A stretch of DNA of 64,000 nucleotides, from positions 192,001-256,000 of the forward strand of contig OZ223519.1 of NCBI GenBank assembly GCA_965140785.1. The letters are read 5' to 3'. The stretch is from an uncultured Ruficoccus sp. (lineage in GTDB: Bacteria > Verrucomicrobiota > Verrucomicrobiia > Opitutales > Cerasicoccaceae). Positions within the stretch are counted from its first letter, which is position 1. Every line of letters begins with the position of its first letter. A model generated the notes under the pieces. The model saw nothing but the letters and a program-made list of their open reading frames with translations. It made no database searches and had not been told where the DNA came from. The position numbers were made by a program, and so were the translations under genes. Shown piece by piece: positions 31,724 to 40,338 of this stretch.

Positions 31724-32818
31724 ATGAAAAAGACACCCAAACGTTCCGCCCCGGTTCGCCTGGCGGTTATCGGTACCGGCGGCATGGCCAATAACCATGC
31801 CCGCCGCTTCAAGGAAGTCCCCGGCTGCACGCTTGTCGCCGCCGTCGATGTCGTGCGCGAGCGCGTGGAAGCCTTTGCCGGCGAACACGAAATCCCCGAA
31901 GTTTATACCTCGGTCAAGGCCATGCTTGCGGCCGGTACGGTGGACGCGGTCACGATTGTCACGCCCGATCCCTTTCATGCGGAGATTTCGATCCAGTGCC
32001 TGAAGGCGGGCAAGCACGTCCTGTGCGAGAAGCCGCTGGCGGTGAATTATCCTGATGCCCGCCGGATGGTGAACGCCGCCAAAAAGGCCGGCGTAATCAA
32101 CATGGTCAACCTCTCCTACCGCGACATGCCGAGCCTTCAGGCCGTGGCGAAGCTGATCCACAGCGGTAAACTGGGAGACATCCGCCACGTCGAGGCCAGC
32201 TACCTGCAGGCCTGGCTCGCGAGCAAAGTCTGGGGCGACTGGCGGACGACACCGGCCTGGCTCTGGCGCCTCTCCAGCGCCCACGGCAGCAAGGGCGTGC
32301 TGGGTGATGTCGGCGTGCACATCCTGGACTTCGCGACCTTCCCGGTCGGCCCGTTGAAAAACGTTTACTGCAAGCTCAAGACCTTCGACAAGGCCCCCGG
32401 CAACCGCATCGGTGAGTACACGCTCGATGCCAACGACAGCGCCGTGATGACGGTGGAGTTCGCCAACGGCGCACTCGGTTCGATCCACACCACCCGCTGG
32501 GTTGGCGGCCATAAAAACCGCCTCCACCTCAAAATCGCCGGCACCCGTGGCACGGTCGAGATCGACACCGACTGGGGGAACGACATCTATCGCGCCTGCC
32601 TCGGGCGCAATCTGGACAAAGCCGAGTGGCGCGAGCACAAGGCCAAGGCCACGCCGAACAACTACGCCCGTTTCATCCGAAGCATCCGCACGGGCAAGCA
32701 GGATATTCCCGACTTCGCCCGCGGGGCCGAAGTGCAGAAGGTGCTCGACGCCTGCTTTGAGTCGGACGAGCGCCAGGCTCCGGTCACCTTCCGGGGTAAC
32801 TCCCGGGCGAAAAAGTGA
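31724..32818 (+). CDS. Gfo/Idh/MocA oxidoreductase (ThuB-like)
   Basis: LAVIGTGGMA, DAVTIVTPDPFH, GKHVLCEKP, GVLGDVGVHILD. Confidence 0.92.
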   Translation: MKKTPKRSAPVRLAVIGTGGMANNHARRFKEVPGCTLVAAVDVVRERVEAFAGEHEIPEVYTSVKAMLAAGTVDAVTIVTPDPFHAEISIQCLKAGKHVLCEKPLAVNYPDARRMVNAAKKAGVINMVNLSYRDMPSLQAVAKLIHSGKLGDIRHVEASYLQAWLASKVWGDWRTTPAWLWRLSSAHGSKGVLGDVGVHILDFATFPVGPLKNVYCKLKTFDKAPGNRIGEYTLDANDSAVMTVEFANGALGSIHTTRWVGGHKNRLHLKIAGTRGTVEIDTDWGNDIYRACLGRNLDKAEWREHKAKATPNNYARFIRSIRTGKQDIPDFARGAEVQKVLDACFESDERQAPVTFRGNSRAKK

Positions 32819-32836
32819 GCCGCCGCGCGCGCCAGC

Positions 32837-33658
32837 TCAGGCCAGTCCCAGCTTGCGGGTGAATGCCACGAGCGCTTCCTCGTGGGGCTTGAACAGCTCC
32901 ACGGGGCAGTTCGTATCCAAAATATGATACAGGTCGGCCCAGCTTTTCTCCTCCTCGCCGGGGATGATCGGGTGAAAGAAAACGCCGCTTTTTTGGGCGG
33001 CGTGCCAGTCGCCCGGCGAATCGCCGATCGTCAGGACCGTGTGGCCCGCCTCGGTGAGTTGGCGCAGGCATTCGGCCTTGGAGCAGCGCTCCTGGGTGAC
33101 GTAGTCGCTGACGTGCTGGTCGAGTCCGGCCTCTTTCCACTCGGCCATGATGGTGGCACGGTTGGCGGAGGAGACGACGTGGACATCGGCGTGGGCCGAG
33201 ATTTTTTTGATGAACCGGGCCGCGCTGGGAAAGGGCGGTAGCTCGGTATCGAGGGCGGCTACGCGGCGGTTAACCGCCTCGCACCAAGTCAGGGCCTGCT
33301 TCAGGAATGTGTCGTCGGCGCGGGCCAGTTCGGCCTCGATCTTGTCCGGAGAGGGTGAGGTGTGGGTGTGGGCGAGCTGCTCCATCCGCGTGATGTCGGG
33401 CCGCTCGAACCCGGCGGGAAGGTCCGCGTCGGGAAAGGTTCGCCAGAACTCCAGCAGGGCGAGGAAGCGGTTTACGCCCCGGCTGTGGGAAAAGAGGTTG
33501 ATCCGGTCCCACTCGGCTTGCACGGCGGGTTGAACGGCGTCGAGCTGCCAGACCTCGATCAGGGCCGGGCCGAAGCACTGGCGGTGCTTGAGGGACATGT
33601 TGTCGAAGACGCAGCCATCGGAGTCGATGGCCACGGCGTAGGATTGGGAATCGGACAT
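32837..33658 (-). CDS. HAD superfamily hydrolase
   Basis: Motif I AIDSDGCVFD; VVSSA; motif IV IGDSPGD. Confidence 0.88.
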   Translation of the reverse strand: MSDSQSYAVAIDSDGCVFDNMSLKHRQCFGPALIEVWQLDAVQPAVQAEWDRINLFSHSRGVNRFLALLEFWRTFPDADLPAGFERPDITRMEQLAHTHTSPSPDKIEAELARADDTFLKQALTWCEAVNRRVAALDTELPPFPSAARFIKKISAHADVHVVSSANRATIMAEWKEAGLDQHVSDYVTQERCSKAECLRQLTEAGHTVLTIGDSPGDWHAAQKSGVFFHPIIPGEEEKSWADLYHILDTNCPVELFKPHEEALVAFTRKLGLA

Positions 33659-33667
33659 GGGTGTGGG

Positions 33668-34690
33668 TTAGCGGGTGGTTTGGCCCCGGTGAACGGAGGC
33701 GGGCAGAAGGATTTTGACCGGTTTCTCCGGGGTGCCGCGTTCGTTGGCGTAAATGAGGCGTAGCAGTTGCGAGACGGCCTGAGCCCCGGCCCCGACTCCG
33801 TCCTCGACGACGCCGCTGAGGCTCCCGCCGGGCCGGGCCGCGCTGACGCTGGCCAGGGAAATATCCTGGGGCACGCGCAGGCCGGATTCCTCCAGCGCGT
33901 GGAGAATTTCCTGCGGACTGATGCACAGGAGGATGTCGGGCGTGTGGCGGTGGATCCACCGCAGCATCGCTTTGGGGTCGAGCTGGGAATACTTGTGCAG
34001 GGGGACGTGCTCGAGGGCCGAGTTCTCGGCCTGCTGGCGCAGGAAGCAGGCTTCCCACTGGCCACCGATGCGCTGGTCCGAGGGCGTGTGCAGGATCAGG
34101 CCCGGCCGCCGGTAGCCCCAGGCGAGACAGGCATCCAGCAGGAGGCCCATGTTCGCGTAGTGGTTGCTCATGACCTGATGCAGCAGCGGCGTGTGCAGGG
34201 TCGGGCCGATGGCGACGGCGGCGAGGTTTTGCCAGTCCAGTTCGAGCGCGGACTGTTCGGGCGGCAGCGGCGCCACCACCACGCCCATCGTGCCGCGGGC
34301 GCGCAGGATCTGGTCGATCCGGGCCGGGGGCATATCGGCGGTGACTTTGAACTTCTCCAGGCTCAGGCCGTGGCGGGCGGCCTCGTCCCGTGCCCCGCGC
34401 TCGAACTCCGGGTAGATCGGCTCCCGGCGCAGAACCGGTGAGAGCGCCTCGAAGGACAGGTACGCCGCAGTCAGGACCGGTTGTGGCCGACTGTGGCTGC
34501 GGCGGCTCTGCATCAGCGCGGTGACCAGCGGGTTGGGCCGGTAGCCCAGGCTGCGGGCTACGGCCACGACCCGCTCGCGGGTGGCGGTGGAGATGCGCGG
34601 GCTGCCGCGCAGGGCCAGTGACACGGTTGAGGTGTGGACCTGGGCGGCCCGCGCTATGTCGTTCATCGTCACAGATTCCTGCCCGCTCAT
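33668..34690 (-). CDS. LacI family regulator
   Basis: VTMNDIARAAQVHTSTVSLALRGSPRISTATRERV...LGYRPN. Confidence 0.93.
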   Translation of the reverse strand: MSGQESVTMNDIARAAQVHTSTVSLALRGSPRISTATRERVVAVARSLGYRPNPLVTALMQSRRSHSRPQPVLTAAYLSFEALSPVLRREPIYPEFERGARDEAARHGLSLEKFKVTADMPPARIDQILRARGTMGVVVAPLPPEQSALELDWQNLAAVAIGPTLHTPLLHQVMSNHYANMGLLLDACLAWGYRRPGLILHTPSDQRIGGQWEACFLRQQAENSALEHVPLHKYSQLDPKAMLRWIHRHTPDILLCISPQEILHALEESGLRVPQDISLASVSAARPGGSLSGVVEDGVGAGAQAVSQLLRLIYANERGTPEKPVKILLPASVHRGQTTR

Positions 34691-34765
34691 GCCGGTTACT
34701 CTGACAGAAAAACCGGACGTTTAAAGCATGAAGCCCGTCGTAAATACTGGACTAAAAAGCCGAGG

Positions 34766-36469
34766 TCAGGCCCCGGCCTTTCCGTACAGGTGGGCGGCGA
34801 TCTCGTGGATGGATTCCGGGGAGGAGCCGTAGCTGAGCACGACCGTTCCGAAGCTGTCGTCGAGCGACAGGGGCAGATCGGTATTGGTCACGATGACGAC
34901 CGGCTTGGGGCAGGTACGGACGAATTCCTTCACGAACTCGTGCCCGTTGGCCCCGCGGCGGTAGTAAATGTTGGTCATGACGACGACGTCCGCCTCGTCG
35001 AGGCGGTTGGCGATGCGCTCGCGGTCGCCCTCCTCGTAGCTCATCTTGACCTCGACCATGGGAATGTTCGGGCTGTGTTCGAGCATGGACTCCCAGAGCA
35101 GGCCGGGGTGGCACTCCTGGCTGTTGACGTTGATGTGCAGGGTGTTGGCCTGCTCGACCAGCAGGACGCGGGTCTCGGGCTTGAGCGGGAGCAGCCCCTG
35201 CTCGTCGCGCAGGACGGAGGTGGTGCGCTCGGCGGCGTCGCGGGCGATCTCAATGACCTCGGGCGAACGTGCGGGCTGGTCCGCCTCGGCGGCCTCGACC
35301 AGTGCGCCGGTCTCGAAGAGGCCGTACTCGGCCTTGACCTTGAGCACGCGCTCGGCGGCGTCGTTGAGGCGCTCTTCGCTGATGTGGCCGGACTCGACGG
35401 CTTCGACGACCTTGGCATACACCTCGTCCACGAGCTTGCTCTCGTCGCGCAGGAGTATGAGGTCGGTCCCGGCGTTGATGGCCTTGATGACGGCCTCGTG
35501 GACCTCGTACTTTTCCAAAATAGCGCCCATCGTGATGTCGTCCGAGGTAACGGCCCCGGCGAAGCCCAGTTCGCCCTTGAGGAAGTCGGTGATGATCGGC
35601 TTGGAGAGCGAGGCGGGGTCGCCGGAGGGGTCGAGCGCGGGATAAGTCGTGTGCGCGGTCATGATGGAGGGCACGCCTGCGTCAATCAGCTCGCGGAAGG
35701 GCCGGATGTGCTCCTCCAGCGCCTCGCGGTCAAGTTCGACCGTGGGCAGGCCGTGGTGGGCGTCGCCGATGGAGTGGCCGCGACCGGGGAAGTGCTTGGC
35801 AGTGGCAATGGTGCCAGCGCGCTTGAGGCCCTCGAAGATCTTCATCCCGTACTCGATCACGGTGTCGGCGTTGTCGCCGAGGCTGCGGGTGCCGATCTCC
35901 GGGTTGAGCGGGTCGGTGTTGACGTCGAGGATCGGCCAGTGAATCCACTGGCAACCGAGAGCGCCCATCTGCGCGCCTACGGCCCAGCCGACCGAATCAG
36001 CCAGCGCTGGGTCGCCGCTCTGGGCCAGGCCCTTGCTGCTGGGGAAGAAACGCAGCGGGCTGCGGGGGAAGTCCGCGCTGATGTCGCCCTCCATGTCGTA
36101 GGTCACATGCAGCGGAATGGCGGCGGGGTTCGCCAGGGCGGCCTGCTTGAGCCGGTTGAGGAACTCAGCGTACTCGGCGCAGGTGAGGTAGGGCGGAGGG
36201 AGGCCCTTGAGGAAGTCCTTGACCGTGCCGGTCGGGCTGCGCAGAGCCCGGTGGGCGTATTTTTCGCCAACCGCGTAAGGATCATAGTAGGCCGACTTGA
36301 TGCGGAAGTTCATCCCCATGCGGACACCGGCGGGGCGGATGGTGGCGATGCGCTCAAGGATCGCGGGCGTGATCATACTGCCGGTGAAGCCGATGACGAA
36401 GCATTGGCCGACCTTGTCCTGAATGGACATTTTTTCCAGCGTGGCGGAGATATCGGGAGAGGTTTTCAT
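34766..36469 (-). CDS. GH3 NagZ-like beta-N-acetylhexosaminidase (two-domain, no signal peptide)
   Basis: PILDVNTDPLNPEIGTRSLG, KHFPGRGHSIGDAHH, SIMTAH, LGFAGAVTSDDITM, AINAGTDLIL. Confidence 0.88.
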   Translation of the reverse strand: MKTSPDISATLEKMSIQDKVGQCFVIGFTGSMITPAILERIATIRPAGVRMGMNFRIKSAYYDPYAVGEKYAHRALRSPTGTVKDFLKGLPPPYLTCAEYAEFLNRLKQAALANPAAIPLHVTYDMEGDISADFPRSPLRFFPSSKGLAQSGDPALADSVGWAVGAQMGALGCQWIHWPILDVNTDPLNPEIGTRSLGDNADTVIEYGMKIFEGLKRAGTIATAKHFPGRGHSIGDAHHGLPTVELDREALEEHIRPFRELIDAGVPSIMTAHTTYPALDPSGDPASLSKPIITDFLKGELGFAGAVTSDDITMGAILEKYEVHEAVIKAINAGTDLILLRDESKLVDEVYAKVVEAVESGHISEERLNDAAERVLKVKAEYGLFETGALVEAAEADQPARSPEVIEIARDAAERTTSVLRDEQGLLPLKPETRVLLVEQANTLHINVNSQECHPGLLWESMLEHSPNIPMVEVKMSYEEGDRERIANRLDEADVVVMTNIYYRRGANGHEFVKEFVRTCPKPVVIVTNTDLPLSLDDSFGTVVLSYGSSPESIHEIAAHLYGKAGA

Positions 36470-36717
36470 AGTGGTAAACGGAGCTTGAGTTATTTACTCC
36501 ATCCCATGCTGCCGGGGCTTCCTGGACAATGCTCCCTCGGTTCATATCGTTGAATTTGTGGAATATTCCGCCGTCCGAAATTGTAAAAACGATTATTTGC
36601 AGTAGGTTAGGGATACGATTCAGGTAAAAATCACTCACGTGTAAGTTTCACGCTGGACGTCGGCTCAGGGCATGGTTGTATGTCGCTTCGACAGTAGCAG
36701 CTCGGAATTTGCCATCT

Positions 36718-37920
36718 ATGCAATCACAGGAAGTCAAGCAGGTTCAGGACATCTACCGGATGAGTATTCCGGCGTTGTTCGACGCGCTCCTGAAGGAGTC
36801 GGAGGACTGCATATACTTCAAGGACATGAAGTGCCGGTTCGTGTATGTCAGTGACCGGCACGCCCAGAAGTTCGGGGTGAACTCCGTGGACGAGATCGTG
36901 GGCAAGACCGATTTCGATTTTTTTACCGAGGAGCACGCCCGACAGGCTTACGAGGACGAGCAGGAGATCCTGCGCACAGGGAAGCCCCTGATCAATGAGA
37001 CCGAGAAGGAGACCTGGTCCGACGGCAGCATCACCTGGGTAACCTCGACGAAAATCCCCCTGCACCTGAACTCCGGCAAGTTGGTCGGCATTCTGGGTAT
37101 TTCCCGCGACATCACCCGCGAGAAGCTCGCGCAGGACAAGCTGGAAGAGTCCGAGCGGCGGCTGCGGGAAAAGAACCGCATCCTCCAGATCGACTACGAC
37201 AACGCCCGCCGCGTGCAGAGCGCGCTCATCCCCGGCGAATCCCAGCCGTGCAGCTTTCTGGACTATTCAGTTATTTACAATCCGCTGGAGGCGGTCGGCG
37301 GCGACGTGATCAGCTTTCCCGCCGCCCAGCCGGAGGAGTTTATGGTCATCCTCGGGGATGTCTGCGGGCACGGCATCTCCGCGGCGCTCTACACCCTGCT
37401 GGTCAAGCATGTGGCCGACCAGGCCGTGACCAGTTCGCCCGACCACCTGGAGGTGGCGATGGAGCAGGTCCAGAAGGAAATGTCCGATCTGGTGCGCCCG
37501 AACTACGTCACCATGGTGGCCGGACGCATCCGCCGCCAGGATGCGGGTTACGTGCTGGAGGTCGCCCATGCCGGGCATCCCGACATCCTGCACTACGACC
37601 ACAGCCGTCAGCAGGTGGACGTGATCCGCCTCAAGCCGCAGGACGCGATCGGTTTCGTCACCGGGCGCGACCGCTTCGGGCAGAGCTTTGAGCTTTCCGA
37701 GGGGGACCGGCTGCTATTTTACACCGACGGGGTAGTGGAAACCGTCAACGAGTGCGCTGAAGAATTTGAACTCGATCGCCTGGTCAAGGCGTTCGAAGCG
37801 GAGCTTGAGACTCCGATCAAGGACATGGCGGCAGGTATCCACAAGCGCGTCCGTGCCTTCCGGGGTAAAGCTCCCCGTATGGACGACGTCACCCTCATGG
37901 CCGTCGAAATCACCGGGTAG
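36718..37920 (+). CDS. PAS domain plus PP2C/SpoIIE (RsbU-like) phosphatase
   Basis: IYFKD...IVGKTDFDFF...WVTSTKIPL...GISRDIT (PAS-PAC); VGGD, LGDVCGHG, AHAGHP, YTDGVVE, DDVTL. Confidence 0.92.
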   Translation: MQSQEVKQVQDIYRMSIPALFDALLKESEDCIYFKDMKCRFVYVSDRHAQKFGVNSVDEIVGKTDFDFFTEEHARQAYEDEQEILRTGKPLINETEKETWSDGSITWVTSTKIPLHLNSGKLVGILGISRDITREKLAQDKLEESERRLREKNRILQIDYDNARRVQSALIPGESQPCSFLDYSVIYNPLEAVGGDVISFPAAQPEEFMVILGDVCGHGISAALYTLLVKHVADQAVTSSPDHLEVAMEQVQKEMSDLVRPNYVTMVAGRIRRQDAGYVLEVAHAGHPDILHYDHSRQQVDVIRLKPQDAIGFVTGRDRFGQSFELSEGDRLLFYTDGVVETVNECAEEFELDRLVKAFEAELETPIKDMAAGIHKRVRAFRGKAPRMDDVTLMAVEITG

Positions 37921-37928
37921 CACCGGGT

Positions 37929-37960
37929 GGCAATGAGGGGCTGCGGTGTAACCCGCTACC
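37929..37960. repeat. Truncated copy of the REP-like element
   Basis: GGCAATGAGGGGCT...GCGG-TGTAAC-CCGCTACC between convergent genes; shares the GGCAATGAGGGG linker and the CTACC end. Confidence 0.5.
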
Positions 37961-39440
37961 ATTGCGGGAGTTGACCGTCCCACCATCTCGGGTCCTGAAA
38001 GATGAGTCCTTTGTCAGGATCGTCGGGCATTGGCAGGACGGGGTAGGGCTTCCACTGGTCGTCGCTGGCTTCTTCGGTTTGCCCGGTGCCACGCACCCAG
38101 CCCTGGCAATCCTGCCGCAGGCGGGCCAGTTGGGGATGGGCAGGTTCGCGGGAAGCGAGATTAACCTGTTCGAGTGGGTCGGTCTTGAGGTCGAAGAGGT
38201 ACTCCTTCTGGTCCGGGGCGCTGTAGATGTATTTCCACTCCTGATCTACTCCCATGTAGAGTCCTTCTCCGCCCGCGTTGAACTGCGAGTATACGCGTTC
38301 GCGTTGGGCGGAGCCGTCGGCCAGATCGCGCAGGGAAAGTCCATCATGCTGGCCGTCCTCGCTCTTCAGCCCGGCGGCCTGGGTAAAGGTCGGAGCGAAG
38401 TCCACCAGGCTGGCCGGGGTTTCGCAACGGGTACCGGCCTGGAAGCCGTCCGGCCAGCGCACCAGCAGCGGGACACGGGCGGAGACGTCGTGCATGCCAC
38501 GCTTGCCGAAGCAGCCGTAGTCGCCGAGGTATTCTCCGTGGTCGGCGGAGTAGAGGATCAGGGTGTTCTCGAGCTGTCCGGTCTCCTCCAAGGCTTGGAG
38601 GACACGCCCGACTTGCATGTCGATGAAGCTGATGCAGGCGTAGTAGTAAGCCCGCTGGCAGCGCACGAGGTTGAGGTCGATGCCGCCGCGGTCGCGGTAC
38701 TTGGTGCGGTTCTGCTGGCGGTTGATGAAAAAAGTCAGGTCGGCAATGTCCTCCGGGATGCGCGGCAGCGGCATGTCCGGGGCGCGGTAGAGCTTGTGCC
38801 AGGGGACGGGCGGAGCGAAGGGCGGATGCGGGTGGATGAAGCTGCCGTACAGGTACCAGGTCTCGTCGGACGTTTGGCTGTTTTTAATGAAGTCCACCGT
38901 GCGGTCGCCGACCCAGTGGGTCGGGTGTTCGTGGGGCGGCAGGACGCTGGGCTGGGGGACGTAGTACATCTCGCCGCGGATGCCGTGCGGCTCCAGCACC
39001 CAGTCGTAGCCATGCTCGACGAGGCCACGGGCGTAATCGTCATCCTCACGACTGGCTGGGATCTCTTCCTGGTAGTCGCGACTGGCAAAGCCCCGGCCCT
39101 CATACGGATCGGGGGTGAAGTGGCACTTGCCCACGCCGTGGGTGCGGTAACCGGCTTCAGTGAGACGCTCCATGAACGAGGGCTGCTCGCTGTTGGCGGG
39201 CATGGAGTAGCCGTTACGGTAGCAGCCGGTGCGGCCGGGGTAGTGGCCGGTGATCATACAGGCGCGGGCCGGGACGCACTCCGGGCAGGGCGTGTAGGCC
39301 CGGGTGAAGGCCAGCCCCTCGCGGTCGAGCCGGTCGAGGTTCGGCGTCCGGATGAGGGAGTTGCCCAGCGCGCCAATGGTGTCGAAGCGCTGCTGGTCGG
39401 AAAACAGGTGCAGGATATTGAGGGGGCGTTTCTGAGCCAT
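37956..39440 (-). CDS. Formylglycine-dependent (S1) sulfatase, no signal peptide
   Basis: NILHLFSDQQR, TPNLDRL, CVPAR (CxPxR), GKCH, HPHPPF, ADHGEYLGDYG, RVPLLVRWP. Confidence 0.95.
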   Translation of the reverse strand: MAQKRPLNILHLFSDQQRFDTIGALGNSLIRTPNLDRLDREGLAFTRAYTPCPECVPARACMITGHYPGRTGCYRNGYSMPANSEQPSFMERLTEAGYRTHGVGKCHFTPDPYEGRGFASRDYQEEIPASREDDDYARGLVEHGYDWVLEPHGIRGEMYYVPQPSVLPPHEHPTHWVGDRTVDFIKNSQTSDETWYLYGSFIHPHPPFAPPVPWHKLYRAPDMPLPRIPEDIADLTFFINRQQNRTKYRDRGGIDLNLVRCQRAYYYACISFIDMQVGRVLQALEETGQLENTLILYSADHGEYLGDYGCFGKRGMHDVSARVPLLVRWPDGFQAGTRCETPASLVDFAPTFTQAAGLKSEDGQHDGLSLRDLADGSAQRERVYSQFNAGGEGLYMGVDQEWKYIYSAPDQKEYLFDLKTDPLEQVNLASREPAHPQLARLRQDCQGWVRGTGQTEEASDDQWKPYPVLPMPDDPDKGLIFQDPRWWDGQLPQW

Positions 39441-39510
39441 GCTTCCCAGCGTGCGGGAGAACAGGGGAGGAGCGAGCCCGCCGTTGCACAAAGCGGACTT
39501 GGGCTTGCAA

Positions 39511-39530
39511 AAGTCCAAAAAAATGGACTT
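39511..39530. promoter_or_regulatory. Putative IclR-type operator between the divergent sulfatase and regulator genes
   Basis: AAGTCCA-A6-TGGACTT inverted repeat ending 10 bp before the regulator ATG; extra GGACTT half-site at 39495. Confidence 0.55.
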
Positions 39531-39539
39531 AAAGCAAGC

Positions 39540-40325
39540 ATGGGCCAACTGGATCGCGCGTTGACGGTGATGCGGCACCTGCGGGAGCAGGGAGCGGCCC
39601 GCTTTGAGGAGCTGGTCCGCCTGCTCAGCCCCGTCTCGCGCACCACGGTATCGAGCCTGCTGGGCGAGCTGGAGCGCAGGGGTGAGATCGAGCATCGGGG
39701 GCGCTTCTACACCCTTACGCAGGGAAACCTGCTCGCCGCGGGCACGAACATCTACGAGCTGCCGGCGGCGCTCAAGGCGCAGACCCATCCGGTGCTGGAG
39801 GAAGTCTCACGCCGCACCGGCCACGCCAGCGCGCTCTTCGCCCGGGTGGGGGTGATGACGATGAAGATCATGGACGAATTCCGCCCGGAGGGGTCGGACT
39901 GGCAATTCTCGCCCGCCGGGGTGGAGTGGCCGCTGGTGCCCTTTCACGGCTTCGCCAAGGTCTTCCTCGCCCACGCTCGGGAGGACCTCGCCCGTGCCTG
40001 CCATTGGCGCTGGCGGAAGCACCTGCGCCCCGACCTGTGCGAGCAGGATTGGCCCGACTTTCAACGACAGCTCAAGACGATCCGGCGGCATGGCTACGCC
40101 CTGGAGTATCAGGAGGAAATGTCGGCCATCCTGCGGCTGGCGGTGCCGGTCTTTTTATCCGGGCCCGAGCCGGTCTATTTCGCGGTCGGGCTGGTGGCGC
40201 GGTTCATCTACCTGCTGGATATGGAGAGCTGGCTGGGTGTGCTGGACGAGGCCGCTCAAAAACTTCAGCAGACCTTGGAAGGCCGGGTTCCGGCTTTCCG
40301 TTTCGACCTGCAAAAGCGCCCGTGA
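39540..40325 (+). CDS. IclR-like regulator
   Basis: MGQLDRALTVMRHL...VSRTTVSSLLGEL wHTH; HPVLEEVSRRTGHAS; FAKVFLA; LKTIRRHGYALE. Confidence 0.82.
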   Translation: MGQLDRALTVMRHLREQGAARFEELVRLLSPVSRTTVSSLLGELERRGEIEHRGRFYTLTQGNLLAAGTNIYELPAALKAQTHPVLEEVSRRTGHASALFARVGVMTMKIMDEFRPEGSDWQFSPAGVEWPLVPFHGFAKVFLAHAREDLARACHWRWRKHLRPDLCEQDWPDFQRQLKTIRRHGYALEYQEEMSAILRLAVPVFLSGPEPVYFAVGLVARFIYLLDMESWLGVLDEAAQKLQQTLEGRVPAFRFDLQKRP

Positions 40326-40338
40326 ACCTGTTCCGTCC

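Noticed and set aside
34634..36553. 639-aa plus-strand ORF over the GH3 gene
   Set aside because: Antisense shadow of a gene with clear GH3 motifs.
37962..39539. N-terminal 526 aa of the 787-aa ORF, suggesting a giant IclR fusion
   Set aside because: This part is the antisense shadow of the sulfatase; the real regulator starts at ATG 39540.
39441..39788. 116-aa N-terminal extension of the sulfatase in the ORF track
   Set aside because: Overlaps the divergent IclR gene and its operator; sulfatase homology begins at MAQKRPLNIL (39440).
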